A DNA stretch of 64,000 nt from assembly GCA_031395645.1 (NCBI GenBank), contig JANNJM010000014.1, forward strand, positions 2,594 to 66,593. Direction: 5' to 3'. Positions 28,173 to 37,425 of the stretch are shown here, in pieces; position 1 is the first letter of the stretch, and each line of letters begins with the position of its first letter. Below the pieces are notes generated by a model. It saw nothing but the letters and a program-made list of their open reading frames with translations. It was not told the origin of the DNA and searched no databases. A program made the translations under genes and the position numbers. This DNA is from Gammaproteobacteria bacterium. GTDB taxonomy: Bacteria > Pseudomonadota > Gammaproteobacteria > Steroidobacterales > GCA-2729495.

Positions 28173-28694
28173 ATGAGCTACCTTCCGGACGGGCCAGCCC
28201 GCCCAGACGCCGCGGCGCTCGACCGGTTCTGGCAGGCGGCACGTTCGGCGCTGACCAGCGTGGGCCCTGGCGACAGCTACCAGGTGCGCTGGATCGGCCT
28301 CGACTACGCCAGTACCGAGGAGGTGCTCGCGCTCATCGAGGCGGGGGACAAGACCGGTACTTTCACGCTCCCGTGGATCGTCGCGAACACCAGTCAGCCC
28401 GCACCGCGGCTTGGAGACCTGATCATTCTCATCGACTTTCTTGGCAAGCCCCGGTTGCTCGTGCAGCTGACCGGTATAGAGGTAGTGACCTTTGGTGCCC
28501 TCGATGAGCGCCATACGGCGGTGGATGGCCCGCCGGTCAGGGCGCTCTCGGTCTGGAAGCCGCTGCACACGCGCTACTGGAACGCGATGCTCAAACCCTT
28601 CGGTCTGCAGGTGACGGATGTCATGCCGGTACTCGTTGAGCAGCTCGACGTGCTGTACGGGGCAGAGCTTGCAGCCCCAGATGACCTGAGGTGA
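28173..28694 (+). CDS. ASCH (PUA-like) domain protein
   Basis: 173 aa from ATG 28173. The layout ...FWQAARSAL...EVLALIEAGDKTGTFTLPW...GDLIILIDFLGKPRLLVQLTGIEVVTF resembles ASCH-domain proteins. Confidence 0.5.
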   Translation: MSYLPDGPARPDAAALDRFWQAARSALTSVGPGDSYQVRWIGLDYASTEEVLALIEAGDKTGTFTLPWIVANTSQPAPRLGDLIILIDFLGKPRLLVQLTGIEVVTFGALDERHTAVDGPPVRALSVWKPLHTRYWNAMLKPFGLQVTDVMPVLVEQLDVLYGAELAAPDDLR

Positions 28695-29473
28695 AGAGCC
28701 GGGCCCTGCGAATCGCCGCCACGGCGGCTGCAGTTTCCGGCCTGCTGGTCGGTGCACTGGAGATCTATGCGCGCCAGCCGGTCACGGTGCCGACGCTGGC
28801 GCTAAACCTGCCACCCGACGTAGCCACACTGGTGCTGGTGATCCACGGCAGCGGCGATGCCGACAGTCCGCTTCTGGCTGAGATCGTTGCCGGTATGAAG
28901 GCCCGCTATCAGGATGTGCCCGATAGCGCCGTGCGGTTCGTGCGCTGGTCCCCCGCGTCCGATCAGCGCCTGCGGGCGGCAGCCACGGCGCAGGCCGCCG
29001 GCAGGCGGCTTGGAACAACGCTGGCCGGAGTTACCACATTGCGCGAACTGCACCTGATCGCGCACAGCTCGGGAGCTTTCATGCCCGACGCGATCTGCGG
29101 GGCCTGGCGGGCAGGCAATCCGACGCCTGCCCGCGTCACGATGGTGCTGCTGGATCCCTTTCAGATTCGCGGCTTCGCGGACTGGACCTGGGGTGCGCGC
29201 CAGCACGGCCGCTGCGCTGACTTCGCGCTGGCTCTCATCAACACCGACGATCCCGCGCCCTCTACGAACCGGCCACTCCTGCAGGCGTTCAACCTGGACG
29301 TGACCGGCCACCCGGAGCGCGCCACGTTTACCCGCAATGGCCACTACTGGCCGGTGCAGTACTACCGGAAGCACCTGGTCGCGAAGGAATCCGAAATTGG
29401 CCTGAGGACCCACGCTACGGAAGCGCGTGGCGCGGTGCGGCTGGTTTCGGAGTTTCCAGCGAAAGAGAGGTAA
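28691..29473 (+). CDS. alpha/beta-hydrolase-like (lipase/esterase-type) protein with N-terminal anchor or signal
   Basis: 260 aa. GTG 28691 overlaps the upstream stop (GTGA). It has LVLVIHGSGD and a nucleophile-elbow-like LIAHSSGAF. The family assignment is tentative. Confidence 0.4.
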   Translation: MKSRALRIAATAAAVSGLLVGALEIYARQPVTVPTLALNLPPDVATLVLVIHGSGDADSPLLAEIVAGMKARYQDVPDSAVRFVRWSPASDQRLRAAATAQAAGRRLGTTLAGVTTLRELHLIAHSSGAFMPDAICGAWRAGNPTPARVTMVLLDPFQIRGFADWTWGARQHGRCADFALALINTDDPAPSTNRPLLQAFNLDVTGHPERATFTRNGHYWPVQYYRKHLVAKESEIGLRTHATEARGAVRLVSEFPAKER

Positions 29474-29588
29474 TTGTCCGCTTCCTCTGCGGAGGTCGAG
29501 TAACAGCGGCATGCCCAGAAGAAGCGTCGGCCGAAAATTCAGCGACTGCCGACTGACACCGCAGCCGCCCGGGGCCTGCGGAGAGACC

Positions 29589-30512
29589 CTAGCCGCTCTT
29601 CTTGTTGAGCGCTGCGAGAAACTCCGGGTCGATCTCGGTCACCCCCCGCGCCTTGGCCTGCCACACGATGCCCTCCAGCACCTGGCGCAGGAAGGGGCGA
29701 GGAATTCCGGTGAGTTGCTTCGACGCGTCCAGCGTGAAACGCACCACGTCGTCAATGCGGTTCGCCTCGTAGTGCACCACCTCGTGGCGCGCACCCAGGT
29801 CCGGGATCGGCAGCTTGTAGGCTGGCTGGGTCTCGCCGAACCAGAACGTTGCCCCGCCGCGGAAGCCGTAGGTCAGGGGCACGCGGGGCATCTCGTCGCC
29901 GCTGCCGTCGATCAGGCTCTTCCAGCGCGCCTTGACGAGGATGCTGTCGATGTTCAGCAGCAGGTGGGCCGAGGCTGAGTCCCTGAGGATGGGGTTTGCT
30001 GCGATTCTCTCCACGTCCAGTGTGCATTCGAAAACCTGATAGGCCTCGCTGATGATCTGGGGCAGGCCAGGCCCCGTGCGGCCCGGCGTCGGGCTGTCGA
30101 CAAGCGTGAAGGTGTTGTAGGCCGTTTTCTCCGCAGTCGTCTGCCCCGGATAGCCAAACTTCAGGATGGTCTCGATCTGCGCCCGGTCGTACTCGACGAA
30201 ATTCAGCGCGCACTTCAGGTTGCGCCGCACGTTGGCGACTGTGTTGGAACTTGGCCTGCTGATCACCATCCAGGACCGCCGCTTGATGACCTCGAAAGGG
30301 AAGCTCAGCTGATAGGGGCCGATGTTTGTGACGCCCGTCTCGTCCACGGATGTGATGAGCGCGAAGGACGAGCCGTAGAACGCACTGGACTGGTACCAGT
30401 TGTCCCGCAGCGGGCTTGGTACGAAGTCGTCGGTGACATTGTCGGGGGGCATCTGTTCTGGCTTTCTTCCGGTGGAGAGCGCTAATGCAGGACGGGCACG
30501 AGCCGTTCCCAT
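29589..30512 (-). CDS. flavin-reductase-like (FMN-binding split-barrel) protein with a PCP-reductase-like C-terminal tail (paralogue A)
   Basis: 307 aa. ATG 30512 overlaps the hydrolase stop (TGATG); the alternative start is ATG 30452. The core is ALITSVDETGVTNIGPYQLSF. The tail is FTLDASKQLTGIPRPFLRQVLEGIVWQAKARGVTEIDPEFL. Confidence 0.55.
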   Translation of the reverse strand: MGTARARPALALSTGRKPEQMPPDNVTDDFVPSPLRDNWYQSSAFYGSSFALITSVDETGVTNIGPYQLSFPFEVIKRRSWMVISRPSSNTVANVRRNLKCALNFVEYDRAQIETILKFGYPGQTTAEKTAYNTFTLVDSPTPGRTGPGLPQIISEAYQVFECTLDVERIAANPILRDSASAHLLLNIDSILVKARWKSLIDGSGDEMPRVPLTYGFRGGATFWFGETQPAYKLPIPDLGARHEVVHYEANRIDDVVRFTLDASKQLTGIPRPFLRQVLEGIVWQAKARGVTEIDPEFLAALNKKSG

Positions 30513-31453
30513 CAGATCGGCGTATCCAGCCAGGCCCGCACATCCTTGCCGATTCCCGGTCCCGCTTCCTCGACAGCCATGTGTCCCACGCCCGGATAGC
30601 TGATGAAGGTCAGCGACGGGACGTTCTCGAGCAGTTCCCGGAACTCGACTGACTGCGAGAAGACCGCCGTGGTGTTGGCCTCGCCCCAGAGCAGCAGCAC
30701 GGGCACGCGAATCGAACGCACCAGTCCCTCGATGTCGCCTGCTTTGTACTGCGACAGGCGGTCAAGCTGTGCTTCGCGCTGGCCTTCGCGCATCCACAGG
30801 TCATACCAGCGATCGATCAGTGCCTCCGGCAACTTGGTAGGGTCGCCGAAGCCACTGCGAAGCATGGCGGCCGGCAGCGCCCGGGGCAGGATGTACTTGA
30901 GGACATAGCCCACCTTCGGGACGCCACCGCTGCGCATCTTCTCCTTGCCTTCCAGGGAGCCGGGGCTGAGGAGGATGAGGCGCTCCACCCGGTCCGGGTG
31001 CGCGGCGGTGTAGTGGATGGCCACCGTGCCGCCCATCGACGTGCCCCCAAGCGAGAGTTTTTTAATGCCCAGCGCATCGATGAAGCGTTCTGTGAGGGCC
31101 AGCGTGCGCTCCTGGGTGTAGTCACCCGTCGGGTCCGGGCCCGTGAGTCCGTGGCTGCTCATGTCCAGGCGCACGACACGGTACCGGTCCTTGAGCGCTT
31201 CGACCCAGGGATCCCAGTCGATCAGGTTGGAAAAATTCGCGTGCAGCAGGAGAACGACAGGGCCTGTGCCCTCGTCCCGGTAGTGGAAGCGCACGCCGTC
31301 GATAGTGATGAAGCGTGACGTCGGCCCGGCATACCGGGCTTCGAGTTCGGCCGCCGGAATATCCTGGTACGCCCACAGGGCGATGCCGAGACCGATGAGG
31401 CTGGCCAGGGCCAGCACGCCAAGGCTCCGGATAACAAAACGCCCAAGGGTCAT
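30512..31453 (-). CDS. alpha/beta hydrolase with N-terminal membrane anchor
   Basis: 313 aa. It has the HANFSN oxyanion region, the nucleophile elbow LGGTSMGG and a C-terminal GVGHMAVEE His motif. Confidence 0.8.
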   Translation of the reverse strand: MTLGRFVIRSLGVLALASLIGLGIALWAYQDIPAAELEARYAGPTSRFITIDGVRFHYRDEGTGPVVLLLHANFSNLIDWDPWVEALKDRYRVVRLDMSSHGLTGPDPTGDYTQERTLALTERFIDALGIKKLSLGGTSMGGTVAIHYTAAHPDRVERLILLSPGSLEGKEKMRSGGVPKVGYVLKYILPRALPAAMLRSGFGDPTKLPEALIDRWYDLWMREGQREAQLDRLSQYKAGDIEGLVRSIRVPVLLLWGEANTTAVFSQSVEFRELLENVPSLTFISYPGVGHMAVEEAGPGIGKDVRAWLDTPI

Positions 31454-31468
31454 AGAGCTCAGCCCTAA

Positions 31469-32302
31469 TCAGGCCGTCTTCTTTTTCTTCTGAAACCGCT
31501 CCATCAGCTCGGGTGTCATGCCCTGGTCCAGCGCGTGCTGGTCCATGCGTGCCTTGCTCACCTTCTCATCGCCCTTCGCGCGGCAGTACTCCTCGGTCTG
31601 GTCCGTTACCATCTTGCGGACCATGGGCGGTATCGTCATCAGCGACTGCAGGGCATCCGCGTCCCAGGCCATGCCCAGCCGCACTTCACTGCCCTTGGTG
31701 GAGCCCGGCGCTTCCGCCAGCTGGTGCACGGACAAATGGCCGATGGTGGTGTGAAAGTAATCCTGGCGATCTTCATCGCCCAGGCCGATCGGCAGGTTCA
31801 TCTTGCGGATACGATCTTCACGGCCCATCTCGAGCAATTCTTCGTCAAAGACCAGCGCCTTGATCTTCGCGATCACGATGCCGCTGCTCTTGTCGAGTTT
31901 CACGATCTCTTCCGCGACACACTCGGCGATCTGCGGGCACTCCTGGATGGTCGGCGGCTTCACGTGCAGGGAAGGGATCATGGTGAAGCGGGTGTGCTCC
32001 AGCTCGTTGACGCCTTCCGGATAAAAGCGCGCGGTCTCCATCATGTCGTCCAGGTACTCGGCCGGCGGGCAATTGACGACGAATTCCTTCGTCTCGCAGA
32101 TGTTCTGGAAGGTGTGGGAGTCCTGGCGGAAGCCGACAATCATGCGCGGGTTCTTGGTCATCACGTCGTACTGCATGATGTGGGAGTAGGGCGCCGCATT
32201 GATCCTGCCGTCTTTGTCGAGGCTCGTGATGATAGTGATGAGCTTCGGGAACAGCCAGACGTCGGAATACCAGAAGGGGCGGATCTTGGCTTCTTTTTTC
32301 AT
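31469..32302 (-). CDS. flavin-reductase-like protein with a PCP-reductase-like C-terminal tail (paralogue B)
   Basis: 277 aa from ATG 32302 with AGGAG 8 nt upstream. The core is IITSLDKDGRINAAPYSHIM. The tail is MAWDADALQSLMTIPPMVRKMVTDQTEEYCRAKGDEKVSKARM. GC content is lower (about 53%) than in the neighbouring genes. Confidence 0.55.
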   Translation of the reverse strand: MKKEAKIRPFWYSDVWLFPKLITIITSLDKDGRINAAPYSHIMQYDVMTKNPRMIVGFRQDSHTFQNICETKEFVVNCPPAEYLDDMMETARFYPEGVNELEHTRFTMIPSLHVKPPTIQECPQIAECVAEEIVKLDKSSGIVIAKIKALVFDEELLEMGREDRIRKMNLPIGLGDEDRQDYFHTTIGHLSVHQLAEAPGSTKGSEVRLGMAWDADALQSLMTIPPMVRKMVTDQTEEYCRAKGDEKVSKARMDQHALDQGMTPELMERFQKKKKTA

Positions 32303-32449
32303 GCGGATGCTCCTGGTGGGTGGGTCCAACGCTAGCCGCGGGGCGGACGCGTCACTCTATCAAACTGTAACCCGCTCGCGGTTCCCGCGACACCTGGGCC
32401 ATACTCGTTGCGCACTGGTGACCTCGCCGCGGACACGGAGACACAAGAC

Positions 32450-33817
32450 GTGAACAACAGCCTGTCTACCGGGGTGGCCCCTGGCTACCGCCTGGGACCC
32501 CTGGAATTCGCCAGCGGCATGAGCGGCCGCAACGCGTGGACGTATTTATATGTGTGCATGGCAATCATGCCGGTCGCCAGTTTTCTGAGCTTTTCCCAGC
32601 CCTATGTTTTGACCGAGATCATTGGTATCCCTCCGGACAGGCACGGGCAGGCGACATCCATGCTGATCCTGATGCACGAAATCGTGGTGCTGGCCCTGAT
32701 CAGCTTTGCGGGCGGCCTGTCCGACCGCATTGGCCGCCGGCCACTGTATGCCGCGGGCACCCTCGTTGCCGGCGCCGGCTTCGTCCTCTACGGACTTGCC
32801 CATAGCGTCACCGATCTCTACGTCGGTCGGTTTGTCTACGCGATTGGTCTCGCGTTCGTCGGTGTGATGATCGCGGTGACGGCGGCCGACTACGCGGCAG
32901 AGTCGTCGCGCGGCAAGCTGGCCGGCTTAAGCGGCGTGCTGAACGGTCTTGGCATCGGTGTTGCGACGGCACTCTTTGCGACACTACCAACTGTCTTCAA
33001 GGCACAGGGCCTGAGCAGCGCGGACGCCGGCCGGTACATGCTGTTCGTGATGGGCGGCCTTGCGGCGGTTACCGCGCTGATCATGCAGGTGGGGCTCAAG
33101 GGCGGCACCCCGACCGGCACGAGAGCCCGCATCGGCCTGCGCCGCATCCTGCAGATCGGTATTGCGCAGGGCCGGGAGAACCGACGTCTGCTGGTCTGCT
33201 ATGCGGGCTCGTTTATTTCCCGTGCGGACCTCACGCTGGTTGCCACCTTCGTGTCGCTGTGGCTGCAGCGGGTGGGGCGCGATGAGGGTCTGGACGGCCC
33301 CGAGGCACTCGCCAAGGCCGGCCTCATGTTTGCGTTGATCCAGGGTTCGGCGCTGCTCTGGGCGCCGGTTGCCGGCTGGCTGATCGACAGCTACGACCGG
33401 CTGGCCTGCGTGGTGGGCGCACTCTTTCTCGGCGCGCTCGGCTACACAGTGTTCGGTCTGCAGGACCAGCCGTTCTCCCCCCTGGGCTACGTCGGGTGTG
33501 TGCTGGTGGGCATCGGCCAGATGAGTGTGATTCTGTCGGTGACGGGTCTGCTTGGGCAGGAGACGCCGCTGGATGTCCGCGGCTCTGTGATCGGCCTGGC
33601 GGGCCTTTGCGGGGCGCTCGGTATTCTCGTCACCAGCCTCGCGGGTGGCTACCTGTTCGACCACTGGAGAATCTCGGGTCCGGTCATCCTCGTCGGCATG
33701 GCCAACCTGGCCGCCTTCGTCTTTGCTCTGTTGGTCTGGCTGCGCAGTGGCCGGAAAGTCACATTTGATCCCGCCGAGGTGCGCCCCTCCAGCATGCTCG
33801 GGCTCGCACCGCACTGA
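32450..33817 (+). CDS. MFS transporter
   Basis: 455 aa from GTG 32450 with GGAG upstream; the track start is TTG 32408. It has about 12 TM helices and the MFS loop motif GGLSDRIGRRPL. Confidence 0.8.
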   Translation: MNNSLSTGVAPGYRLGPLEFASGMSGRNAWTYLYVCMAIMPVASFLSFSQPYVLTEIIGIPPDRHGQATSMLILMHEIVVLALISFAGGLSDRIGRRPLYAAGTLVAGAGFVLYGLAHSVTDLYVGRFVYAIGLAFVGVMIAVTAADYAAESSRGKLAGLSGVLNGLGIGVATALFATLPTVFKAQGLSSADAGRYMLFVMGGLAAVTALIMQVGLKGGTPTGTRARIGLRRILQIGIAQGRENRRLLVCYAGSFISRADLTLVATFVSLWLQRVGRDEGLDGPEALAKAGLMFALIQGSALLWAPVAGWLIDSYDRLACVVGALFLGALGYTVFGLQDQPFSPLGYVGCVLVGIGQMSVILSVTGLLGQETPLDVRGSVIGLAGLCGALGILVTSLAGGYLFDHWRISGPVILVGMANLAAFVFALLVWLRSGRKVTFDPAEVRPSSMLGLAPH

Positions 33818-33854
33818 TGACGGACACGGCGCACTCTGGAGTTGCCGGGTGACC

Positions 33855-34889
33855 ATGCCCACCCCTGAATTCGGCATCGTGATGGAGCCTTCGCCCGGCT
33901 ACACCGCGCCACTCGCCGCAGAAATCGAGGCGCTGGGCTTCGACGCCCTGCTGTGTCCCGATACGCAGTGCCTGAGTCCGGACCCCTACGGGCAACTCAG
34001 TCTTGCGGCTGCGCGCACGACGCGCCTCTACCTTGGCACCGGTGTGACCAATCCGGTCACCCGCGAGGCGTCCGTAACGGCCGGAGCGCTGGCCACTCTG
34101 CAGCAGGAGTCCGGCGGCCGGGCCCGCTGTGGCATCGGCCGGGGCGATTCATCCGCGGCACACATTGGCCGGCGTAGTGCCACCACGGCGGAGCTGCGGA
34201 CCTACGTGGAGCAGGTGCGGGGCTATCTGCGGGGCGAGACGGTCATGCGCGGGGCAACCAGTTCGCGGCTGCGCTGGCTCGAGCCCGGCGAATTGCCCAC
34301 CGTGCCGATGGATATCGCCTGCACCGGGCCCGCAACGATCCGCATGGCGGCCGACGTGGCAGACCGCGTGACCTTCGCGGTGGGCAGCGCACCGGAACGC
34401 ATCGAGTGGGCGCTGAACACCCTGCAGGCGCGGCTCAGGGAAACGGGCCGGGAACGTTCGACGCTGCGCGTCGGCGCCTACATCAACCTCGTGTGTGATC
34501 CGGACGAGAAACGCGCTATCGATCTCGGGCGCATGATCTCCGGGATGGTCGCGCATTTCGCCGGCATGAAAGACTCGCCGGTGGAGCACCTGCCACCGCA
34601 GCTCAAGGCGCTGGCGATCCAGATGAAGTCGGGATACGACATGGCCCGGCACGCGCAGAATGAGGGTTCGCACCTGCAGATGGTGGACGACGGGTTCGTC
34701 GACTGGTTTTCGATTTGCGGGCCGCCTGCAAAGTGCCTTGATCGCCTGCAGGCGCTTATCGGGATGGGACTGGAGCACGTCTATCTGCTCGGTGGCTCCC
34801 CGGTGCCTGTGCCGCACGGCGCACGCCAGGAGGCGATGGTCAGGCAGACGCGTTTGTTTGCGGAGCAGGTGCTGCCGAAGCTGCGCTGA
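33855..34889 (+). CDS. luciferase-like (LLM-class) flavin/F420-dependent oxidoreductase
   Basis: 344 aa from ATG 33855; the track ORF is extended from 33645. It has the TIM-barrel LLM pattern (FGIVMEP...ALGFDALLCPD...LGTGVTNPVTR...GIGRGDS...). Confidence 0.7.
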   Translation: MPTPEFGIVMEPSPGYTAPLAAEIEALGFDALLCPDTQCLSPDPYGQLSLAAARTTRLYLGTGVTNPVTREASVTAGALATLQQESGGRARCGIGRGDSSAAHIGRRSATTAELRTYVEQVRGYLRGETVMRGATSSRLRWLEPGELPTVPMDIACTGPATIRMAADVADRVTFAVGSAPERIEWALNTLQARLRETGRERSTLRVGAYINLVCDPDEKRAIDLGRMISGMVAHFAGMKDSPVEHLPPQLKALAIQMKSGYDMARHAQNEGSHLQMVDDGFVDWFSICGPPAKCLDRLQALIGMGLEHVYLLGGSPVPVPHGARQEAMVRQTRLFAEQVLPKLR

Positions 34890-34902
34890 GGCTTTGCCGA
34901 CC

Positions 34903-35283
34903 TCAGGGGTCTCGCGGATAGGCGAGGTCGTAGTCCATGAACGTAAGCTGCTTCTGCGCGTCGAAGATCATGAAGATCTGCAGGTCGCCCTGGCCGAGCC
35001 ACCAGTTGTGGCCGGGAAGGGGGACGACGGCGACGGTGCTGTAAGCACAGCCGGTGTGTTCGTGGGTCCTTAAGCCGCAGCCATCCTGGAGGACGGCGTC
35101 GGAGTCGTGCCTGGCGAGGAAGCCGCGCACGTCCCGGAACGTCATCTGGAGCTGCAATTCCCGGCCAATCAGGTGCTCCGCGTAGGCCCGGTCGCTCTTG
35201 ACGGTGCTGTCGCTACAGCCGGTGCAAAACGCCGCGATGCCGAGCCACAGCCATGACCGGGGCTCCGGAAGCTTCAGGCGCAT
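34903..35283 (-). CDS. hypothetical lipoprotein
   Basis: 126 aa from ATG 35283. It has the signal and lipobox WLWLGIAAFCTGCS. No family was recognised. Confidence 0.5.
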   Translation of the reverse strand: MRLKLPEPRSWLWLGIAAFCTGCSDSTVKSDRAYAEHLIGRELQLQMTFRDVRGFLARHDSDAVLQDGCGLRTHEHTGCAYSTVAVVPLPGHNWWLGQGDLQIFMIFDAQKQLTFMDYDLAYPRDP

Positions 35284-35396
35284 GACGTTACGAACGGTGT
35301 CCACACTTCAGTGTCTACCCATCGTGGCAGCAATCCAAGACTCTGCATTGTATTCTCAGGCCCTGACACCAGATGACAGTGGGGGCTCCAGGAACC

Positions 35397-36026
35397 GTGA
35401 GCAAGGCTTTTACCCGCGAGACCGATCAGGACGAGGAGTCCGACCCGGCCGACCGCGAGCCGGCGAGTCCGCTGCCCGCGGGGTCTAAGAACTACATCAC
35501 GCCGGGTGGGCTAAAGCGGCTCAGGGATGAGCTCGAGTACCTGCTGCGGAAAGACAGGCCAGCCGTCACTGCCGTGGTTTCGTGGGCGGCGAAAAACGGT
35601 GATCGCAGCGAGAACGCGGACTACCAGTACGGCAAGCGGCGGCTGCGCGAAATCGACCGGCGCATTCGCTTCCTGACGCGGCGGGTGGATGCCGCGGAGC
35701 TCGTAGAGGTGACCAGTGCACAGGATCAAAAGCGGGCCGGCCGGGTGTTCTTCGGCGCAACGGTGACGTATGCAGACGGGCAAGGCGCCGAGAGCACGGT
35801 CACCATCGTTGGCGTGGACGAGATCGACCTGAAGCGGCACCACATCAGCTGGGTGTCTCCACTGGCGCGGGCGCTGATGAAGGCGAAGGTGGGAGACGTC
35901 GTGGTCGTGCAGGTACCAGGCGGCACCGACGAACTCGAGGTCATCGGCATCCGCTACCTGCCGATCGAAACGCCGCCCTTCGTGCCGGTAACCGCGCCAC
36001 TGGTCAGCGCACCCGATCGCAGCTAG
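35397..36026 (+). CDS. greB: transcript cleavage factor GreB (with short N- and C-terminal extensions)
   Basis: SWAAKNGDRSENADYQYGKRRLREIDRRIRFL is nearly identical to the GreB coiled-coil tip region. GTG 35397 (MSKAFTRE...) has AGGA upstream; the alternative start is ATG 35373. Confidence 0.85.
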   Translation: MSKAFTRETDQDEESDPADREPASPLPAGSKNYITPGGLKRLRDELEYLLRKDRPAVTAVVSWAAKNGDRSENADYQYGKRRLREIDRRIRFLTRRVDAAELVEVTSAQDQKRAGRVFFGATVTYADGQGAESTVTIVGVDEIDLKRHHISWVSPLARALMKAKVGDVVVVQVPGGTDELEVIGIRYLPIETPPFVPVTAPLVSAPDRS

Positions 36027-37408
36027 CCGGGAGGCCTCCCCGGACCCGCTCGTTCCAGCCAGGCTGCCACGAAGAGCCCGAGCGCCAGCACGCCGATTCC
36101 TGCGACAGCGCCAACCCGCACGTACGCGAGGCTGGACCAGAGCACGAAGAGGCTGCTCGCCGTAAACAGCAGCGGCAGCACGGGGTACAGCGGCGCGCGG
36201 AACGGCCGCGGGGCGTCCGGCTGACGACGCCGCAGGATCATGAGTGCAATGCCACTCAGTGCCATGAACAGCCAGTACACCGGCGCGGTGTAATCCACGA
36301 GCGTGGCGAAACCCTGCCGGGTGGCGGTGCCGAGACCGATCAGGAACAGCGCGACGATGCTTTGCGCGGTGATCGCGGCGGCTGGCACGCCGCGCGAGTC
36401 GTTCCAGTCGCCGAGCCTGCCCAGGCCCGGCCAGTCCCGCGCTGCTGCAAACGTCGTTCTGGCGCCGACAATGATGGTGGCATTGATGGAGGTCACGACG
36501 GCCGCGAAAACGACGGCGATCACCGGCAGGTCGGCACCCTCGGTGAACGCGATTTCCATCAGCATTGAGGCGGGGGCCGACGCGGACGCCAGGCCGGTCA
36601 GTCCGAGGCCGCGCCACAGCGCCCAGTTGATCACCAGGTAGAGCACGGTTACCGTCCCCAGCCCGAACATCAGCGCGCGGACCATGCCGCGTTTCGGATC
36701 GCGCATTTCCGACGAGAGCGTCGCAATCTCCGTCCAGCCGCCGTAGGCCAGCATCACGAACACCATGGCCAGGCCGAACGACGCCAGGCTGCCGTCGGTC
36801 GCGGGCGCCGGGTCGAGCGGCGGCATGCCCCGGACGACGAACAGCACGCCGATCAGGCCGATCAGCAGCATGCCGGCGACCAGTGCCAGCGTAAGCCCGA
36901 CCTGCGTGTCGATGGCCGTCGACCGGCTGCGCAGGTTCAGCACGGTGTAGATGATCAGGGTGATTGCGGCATAGACGGATGACCCCAGCGTGCCGATCGG
37001 CCACGCCGCCTGCAGGTAGTCGCCGAGCACGAAGGACAGCAGCGCCAGCGACCCCGTATTGATCACTGCGAAGCGCGCCCACGCAAACAGAAAACCCACG
37101 CGGCGCCCGTAGGCCAGGGTCAGGAACCGGTAGTCACCGCCCTGGCTGGGAAAGGCGGCCGCGAGCTCCGCGTAGCAGGTGGCGCCGAGCAGAGCGAGCA
37201 GCCCGCCCAGCAGCCAGGCGCCAAACAACGCGGCGTCCGAGCCGACATTGGCGGCCACGAGGGCTGGTGACTTGAACAGTCCGGCGCCGATCACCATGCC
37301 GACGGCCACCGAGGCTGCCGCGCGGGCTGTGAGGAGCCCGGCCGCCTTTTCCGTCTCCGGGGTGATGCGCTCGTGATTCATTTTGCGGGATACTACAAGC
37401 TCCGTCAT
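36023..37408 (-). CDS. APC-family amino acid permease
   Basis: 461 aa (alternative start ATG 37381) with about 12 TM helices and VAVGMVIGAGLFKSPALVA. It overlaps the greB end convergently by 4 nt. Confidence 0.75.
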   Translation of the reverse strand: MTELVVSRKMNHERITPETEKAAGLLTARAAASVAVGMVIGAGLFKSPALVAANVGSDAALFGAWLLGGLLALLGATCYAELAAAFPSQGGDYRFLTLAYGRRVGFLFAWARFAVINTGSLALLSFVLGDYLQAAWPIGTLGSSVYAAITLIIYTVLNLRSRSTAIDTQVGLTLALVAGMLLIGLIGVLFVVRGMPPLDPAPATDGSLASFGLAMVFVMLAYGGWTEIATLSSEMRDPKRGMVRALMFGLGTVTVLYLVINWALWRGLGLTGLASASAPASMLMEIAFTEGADLPVIAVVFAAVVTSINATIIVGARTTFAAARDWPGLGRLGDWNDSRGVPAAAITAQSIVALFLIGLGTATRQGFATLVDYTAPVYWLFMALSGIALMILRRRQPDAPRPFRAPLYPVLPLLFTASSLFVLWSSLAYVRVGAVAGIGVLALGLFVAAWLERAGPGRPPG

Positions 37409-37425
37409 TCCTCCGGAGATTCAAA

